DNA from: Ignavibacteriota bacterium | Lineage (GTDB): Bacteria > Bacteroidota > Ignavibacteria > UBA10030 | Assembly: GCA_963701295.1 (NCBI GenBank) | Contig: OY969585.1 | Span: forward strand, 3,328,001 to 3,392,000 | Reading direction: 5' to 3' | Length of the DNA: 64,000 nucleotides | Part shown: piece by piece, positions 60,426 through 64,000 of the stretch | Numbering within the stretch: position 1 is the first letter of the stretch | How the letters are laid out: each line of letters opens with the position of its first letter | Translations under genes and position numbers: made by a program | The notes under the pieces: generated by a model | Told to the model about the DNA's origin: nothing | What the model saw: only the letters and a program-made list of their open reading frames with translations | The model's database searches: none

Positions 60426-61754
60426 CTAATTCATTGGAAATTGCATGCCGTGCATGGCACGACGCATATTCCCTTTTTTAAGCCGTTTCATCATCTTTTG
60501 CATCTCATCGAACTGCTTCAACAGTCGGTTGACATCCTGCACCGTCGTACCACTTCCTAGTGAAATACGGCGTCTCCGATTTCCGTTGATCATTGATGGA
60601 TGCAACCGTTCTTCTGCAGTCATCGATTGAATAATCGCTTCAATACGTATAAGGCTCTTCTCGTCAATCTCGGCATTTGTCGGGAGTCGGTTCATTCCCG
60701 GAATCATCCCCATCACTTGACTGAGAGGTCCCATTTTCTTGACCTCCCGAAGTTGATCTAGAAAATCTTCAAAGGTGAATTGCGACTTCCGGAGCTTTTC
60801 CTCCATTTTGATCGCTTTTGCTTCGCCGAAATGTTCTTGCGCTTTCTCAACGAGTGTCACAATATCGCCCATACCGAGAATGCGGGACGCAATGCGATCT
60901 GGATAAAAGGGTTCCAGTGCGTCTAACTTTTCGCCGATACCGATGAATTTAATCGGTTTTTGAACTACTGCCCGTATCGAAAGTGCAGCACCACCGCGAC
61001 TATCACCATCAAGTTTTGTAAGAATAACGCCATCGAAATTCAAACGATCATGAAACGCTTTTGCCGTATGAACAGCATCCTGTCCAGTCATCGCATCGAC
61101 CACGAACAAAATTTCATGCGGCTGTGCTATATCACGAACTGCTTCCACTTCCTTCATCATCTCTTCATCGACATGTAAACGACCCGCCGTATCGATAATG
61201 ACTGTATCTCGAACATTCTTGCGTGCAAAGTCAATAGAGTTTTGTGCAATTTTCGCTGCTCCAACCCCGCGTTCCGCATATACTGGAATCTCTATTTGCC
61301 TTCCCAACATCTCCAATTGATCAATAGCAGCAGGCCGGTGAACATCTGCTCCAACGAGTAATGGAAATCGTCCTTTGCTTTTCAAATGATTCGCCAACTT
61401 CGCAGAGAACGTTGTCTTTCCTGATCCTTGTAATCCCGCCACCAAAATAACCGTCGGCGGAGCTTGCGCTGTTACAACATCTGCCTTCGACTCACCGAGC
61501 AGATTCACCATCTCATCATAAATAATCTTTATGATAAGTTGCCCCGGAGTAAAACTCGCGAGGACTTCCTGACCCACGGCACGCTTTTGAACATCTTCAA
61601 TGAATTGCTTAACAACCTTATAGTTCACATCTGCATCGAGCAAAGCACGGCGTACTTCGCGCAAAGATTCCTCAACATTCTGAGGCGTAATCTTTCCCTG
61701 TCCCCGAAGCTTTTTAAATGCCGTTTCTAACTTCTGGGTAAGGCTCTCAAACAT
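60426..61754 (-). CDS. ffh: Signal recognition particle protein
   Basis: GLQGSGKTT, DTAGR, TKLDGD, RILGMGD, M domain. Confidence 0.97.
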   Translation of the reverse strand: MFESLTQKLETAFKKLRGQGKITPQNVEESLREVRRALLDADVNYKVVKQFIEDVQKRAVGQEVLASFTPGQLIIKIIYDEMVNLLGESKADVVTAQAPPTVILVAGLQGSGKTTFSAKLANHLKSKGRFPLLVGADVHRPAAIDQLEMLGRQIEIPVYAERGVGAAKIAQNSIDFARKNVRDTVIIDTAGRLHVDEEMMKEVEAVRDIAQPHEILFVVDAMTGQDAVHTAKAFHDRLNFDGVILTKLDGDSRGGAALSIRAVVQKPIKFIGIGEKLDALEPFYPDRIASRILGMGDIVTLVEKAQEHFGEAKAIKMEEKLRKSQFTFEDFLDQLREVKKMGPLSQVMGMIPGMNRLPTNAEIDEKSLIRIEAIIQSMTAEERLHPSMINGNRRRRISLGSGTTVQDVNRLLKQFDEMQKMMKRLKKGNMRRAMHGMQFPMN

Positions 61755-61955
61755 TCGCTTTCCCTCGTCAATAGTACAACAAAACTTCTTTTGCCTCAGC
61801 GTTATTAAAACCGAGAGCGCCAGAAGTTCATACGAGTTTACTAACTAAAAAATAGCGAAAAAATGGGAGGCAATCAAGAAGTTATTTGGGATTTTCATCG
61901 CCGATGAGATAAAGATGCGATCGGCTTTTCCTTAAACTTTCTTATAGCCAAACGC

Positions 61956-63254
61956 TCAACCGAGCACGCGTACTACTTCTTGCAGTGTTGTTACGCCGGT
62001 GAGTGCTTTACGGACAGCATCCTGCCGAATTGCCTGGAATCCGCAATTAACGGCCTCTTGACGCATCTTCAGAATCGATTCTTTATTAATGATCAAATCG
62101 CGTAATATCGTGCTAATCGTAACGATTTCGCTGATGGCAGCCCGGCCTTTATAGCCAGTTCCAAAACAATTTTGACAACCACGACCGCGGAAAAGTTTGA
62201 GATCAGATGACCCCATTGGTGCACCGACCATTTGAAGTTCATCGGGTGAAAGCTGATATTCTTCCTTGCAATTGAGACAGATTCTTCGGATTAAAAGTTG
62301 ATAAACAATTCCAGCCAGTGATGATGCGAGCCAGTACGGGGGAATACCAAGGTTGTAAAGGCGATGAATAGCACCAATTGCATCATCAGCAAGCATAGTA
62401 CTGAGTACCAGATTTCCGGTCAGCGCAGCTTCCGCAGCCACGATACCGGTTTCTGCATCACGTATTTCACCAATCATAATGACGTTGGGATTCTGCCGAA
62501 GAATTGCTCTGAGTGCATCAATAAAATTAAATGATTTATCAGCCGGCAGGTGCACTTGACTGGCATATGGCAGACGAAACTCTACTGGGTCTTCAACGGT
62601 GATAACACATTTTTCCGGGGTCTGGACATGGTTTACCGAAGCATAGACGGTTGTTGATTTGCCGCTTGCGGACGGTCCAGTGACTAAAACCAATCCACGC
62701 GGACTTCGGAGCAATGTTCGCAATCTATCAAGATTCTCTTTACCATATCCAAGTTCGTCAAGCCGAGAGATGGTCGCCGTCTTCCTCCATAATCGTACCA
62801 AACATCGTTCGCCTGAAAGGACTGGAATTACATTAAGGCGAAAATCAAACGGTTCATTTCCATACACTGAAGAGAACCGTCCTTCCTGTGGTTTCTTTTT
62901 CTCAAATTGATTCAATGTTGCTTTTGTTTTCAAAATACTGATAATAGGCTCATTCATATCAGGTGAAAGAGATACAAGTCTCTTCAATGTTCCTTCATGC
63001 CCAAGGCGAATCTGGAGTTCACCTTCTATCGGTTCGAAATGGATATCTGTTGCACCACTTTGAATAGCTCGGATTAAGATTTCCTCGACGATTTGATCCG
63101 CTGTGGGCAACTTGCCCAGGCGAAACAACTCTCGAATTTTGTCTTTCGATAGAGATTTTATATCAAGCTGTTCGAGGGCAATCCGCTGTAGAACTTGCCC
63201 AGGTTGTCCAGGTATTTGACGCGGTGGTACGGGTTGTTGTGGTGTGACTGCCAT
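61956..63254 (-). CDS. GspE/PilB-family secretion ATPase, orphan
   Basis: ATDIHFEP, PQEGRF, GPSASGKST, TVEDPVE, LRQNPNVIMIGEIRD, tetracysteine motif. Confidence 0.9.
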   Translation of the reverse strand: MAVTPQQPVPPRQIPGQPGQVLQRIALEQLDIKSLSKDKIRELFRLGKLPTADQIVEEILIRAIQSGATDIHFEPIEGELQIRLGHEGTLKRLVSLSPDMNEPIISILKTKATLNQFEKKKPQEGRFSSVYGNEPFDFRLNVIPVLSGERCLVRLWRKTATISRLDELGYGKENLDRLRTLLRSPRGLVLVTGPSASGKSTTVYASVNHVQTPEKCVITVEDPVEFRLPYASQVHLPADKSFNFIDALRAILRQNPNVIMIGEIRDAETGIVAAEAALTGNLVLSTMLADDAIGAIHRLYNLGIPPYWLASSLAGIVYQLLIRRICLNCKEEYQLSPDELQMVGAPMGSSDLKLFRGRGCQNCFGTGYKGRAAISEIVTISTILRDLIINKESILKMRQEAVNCGFQAIRQDAVRKALTGVTTLQEVVRVLG

Positions 63255-63380
63255 TGTTTTTCTCCACCAAAGTGACGGCTCAACGGTACTTTACACATTG
63301 AATTTTTTTCAATCTTCCTTCAATAGACCGCTTCTCAATTTCTCACGATGGTTTTTTGAATGGAGATTGTTTCTGCGTTC

Positions 63381-64000
63381 TTAACTTGCTTTCTTCAACG
63401 CTTCTGCCCCGCTAACGATTTCGAGCAGTTCTTTCGTAATACTTGCTTGCCGTTCCTTGTTGTACGATAATGTATAATCACGGATAAGCTCTTTCGCATT
63501 TTCCGTTGCGTTATTCATCGCTGTCATTCGGGCGCCTTCTTCTGCCGTACTGGACTCCAGCAAAATGCGCCACATTTGGAAGTTCAGGTGTTTTGGCAAT
63601 AGTACATCGATAATTTCCCTAATGGACGGCTCGTAAATATAGTCGACCTGGGCAAGTGCGTGAAGATCCTTGGTCTCTTGAATTTGTTCTGGGGGGATCG
63701 GCAAAACTTGCTCAACAATAATCCGCTGTTGGATAACCGATTTGAATTCGTTGTAGACAACTTCCACTTTATCGTACTCACCCTTGAGATACTGATCCAC
63801 TATCTGCTGAATGATGGTTCGCGCATGACCGAAGTGGAGACTCCCAAAAATACCGACATGTTTCGCATAGAGAGCGTAATTTCGTTTCGAGAAAAAATCT
63901 GTTGATTTTTTCCCCACTGTCACGATCCGAACTCCATCGGGTTCCCTCAGCAAACGTTGATACTGTGAGTTCATATGATCGATAGCTGCTTTGATAACAT
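63381..64000 (-). CDS. atpG: ATP synthase F1 gamma subunit, 5' end outside the window
   Basis: ARMTAM.NATENA, YNKERQASITKELLEIVSGA. Confidence 0.96.
   Translation of the reverse strand, partial: VIKAAIDHMNSQYQRLLREPDGVRIVTVGKKSTDFFSKRNYALYAKHVGIFGSLHFGHARTIIQQIVDQYLKGEYDKVEVVYNEFKSVIQQRIIVEQVLPIPPEQIQETKDLHALAQVDYIYEPSIREIIDVLLPKHLNFQMWRILLESSTAEEGARMTAMNNATENAKELIRDYTLSYNKERQASITKELLEIVSGAEALKKAS

Noticed and set aside
63255-63380. atpG not followed by atpD
   Set aside because: Split atp operons are common in Bacteroidota/Chlorobi-related lineages.

Overview
A mostly housekeeping window from a Gram-negative FCB-group bacterium, probably Ignavibacteria-like. This is inferred from a T9SS-type C-terminal sorting domain (QNYPNPFNP), an MqnA-like gene, and atpG not being followed by atpD. 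It carries two efflux/ABC operons, pntAA-AB-B, ychF, yebC, an AAA+/VWA pair, dapD, serS, pyk, cobB, cysS, recN, the ffh-rpsP-khpA-rimM-trmD-rplS block, an orphan GspE/PilB ATPase and partial atpG. Less ordinary signals: (1) an integrase-less integron-like cassette array at about 5.6-11.65 kb (minus strand), with an attI-like site, cassettes whose two ends are mutually complementary, two very long attC-like sites (227 and 305 bp) sharing an internal 58-bp element and carrying TCC(C)G...C(G)GGA palindromes at the same position, and one apparently collapsed attC; (2) a four-helix-bundle gene between recN and cysS enclosed by inverted heptamer arrays; (3) trmD split by a +1 frameshift, most likely a sequencing error but possibly autoregulatory; (4) an intact IS1595-family element with an 8-bp TSD interrupting a dienelactone hydrolase; (5) a consensus sigma-54 promoter with enhancer-like boxes; (6) several intact enzyme homologues with altered catalytic motifs. 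No rRNA, tRNA or CRISPR array was recognised. All calls are by eye; no database searches were run.
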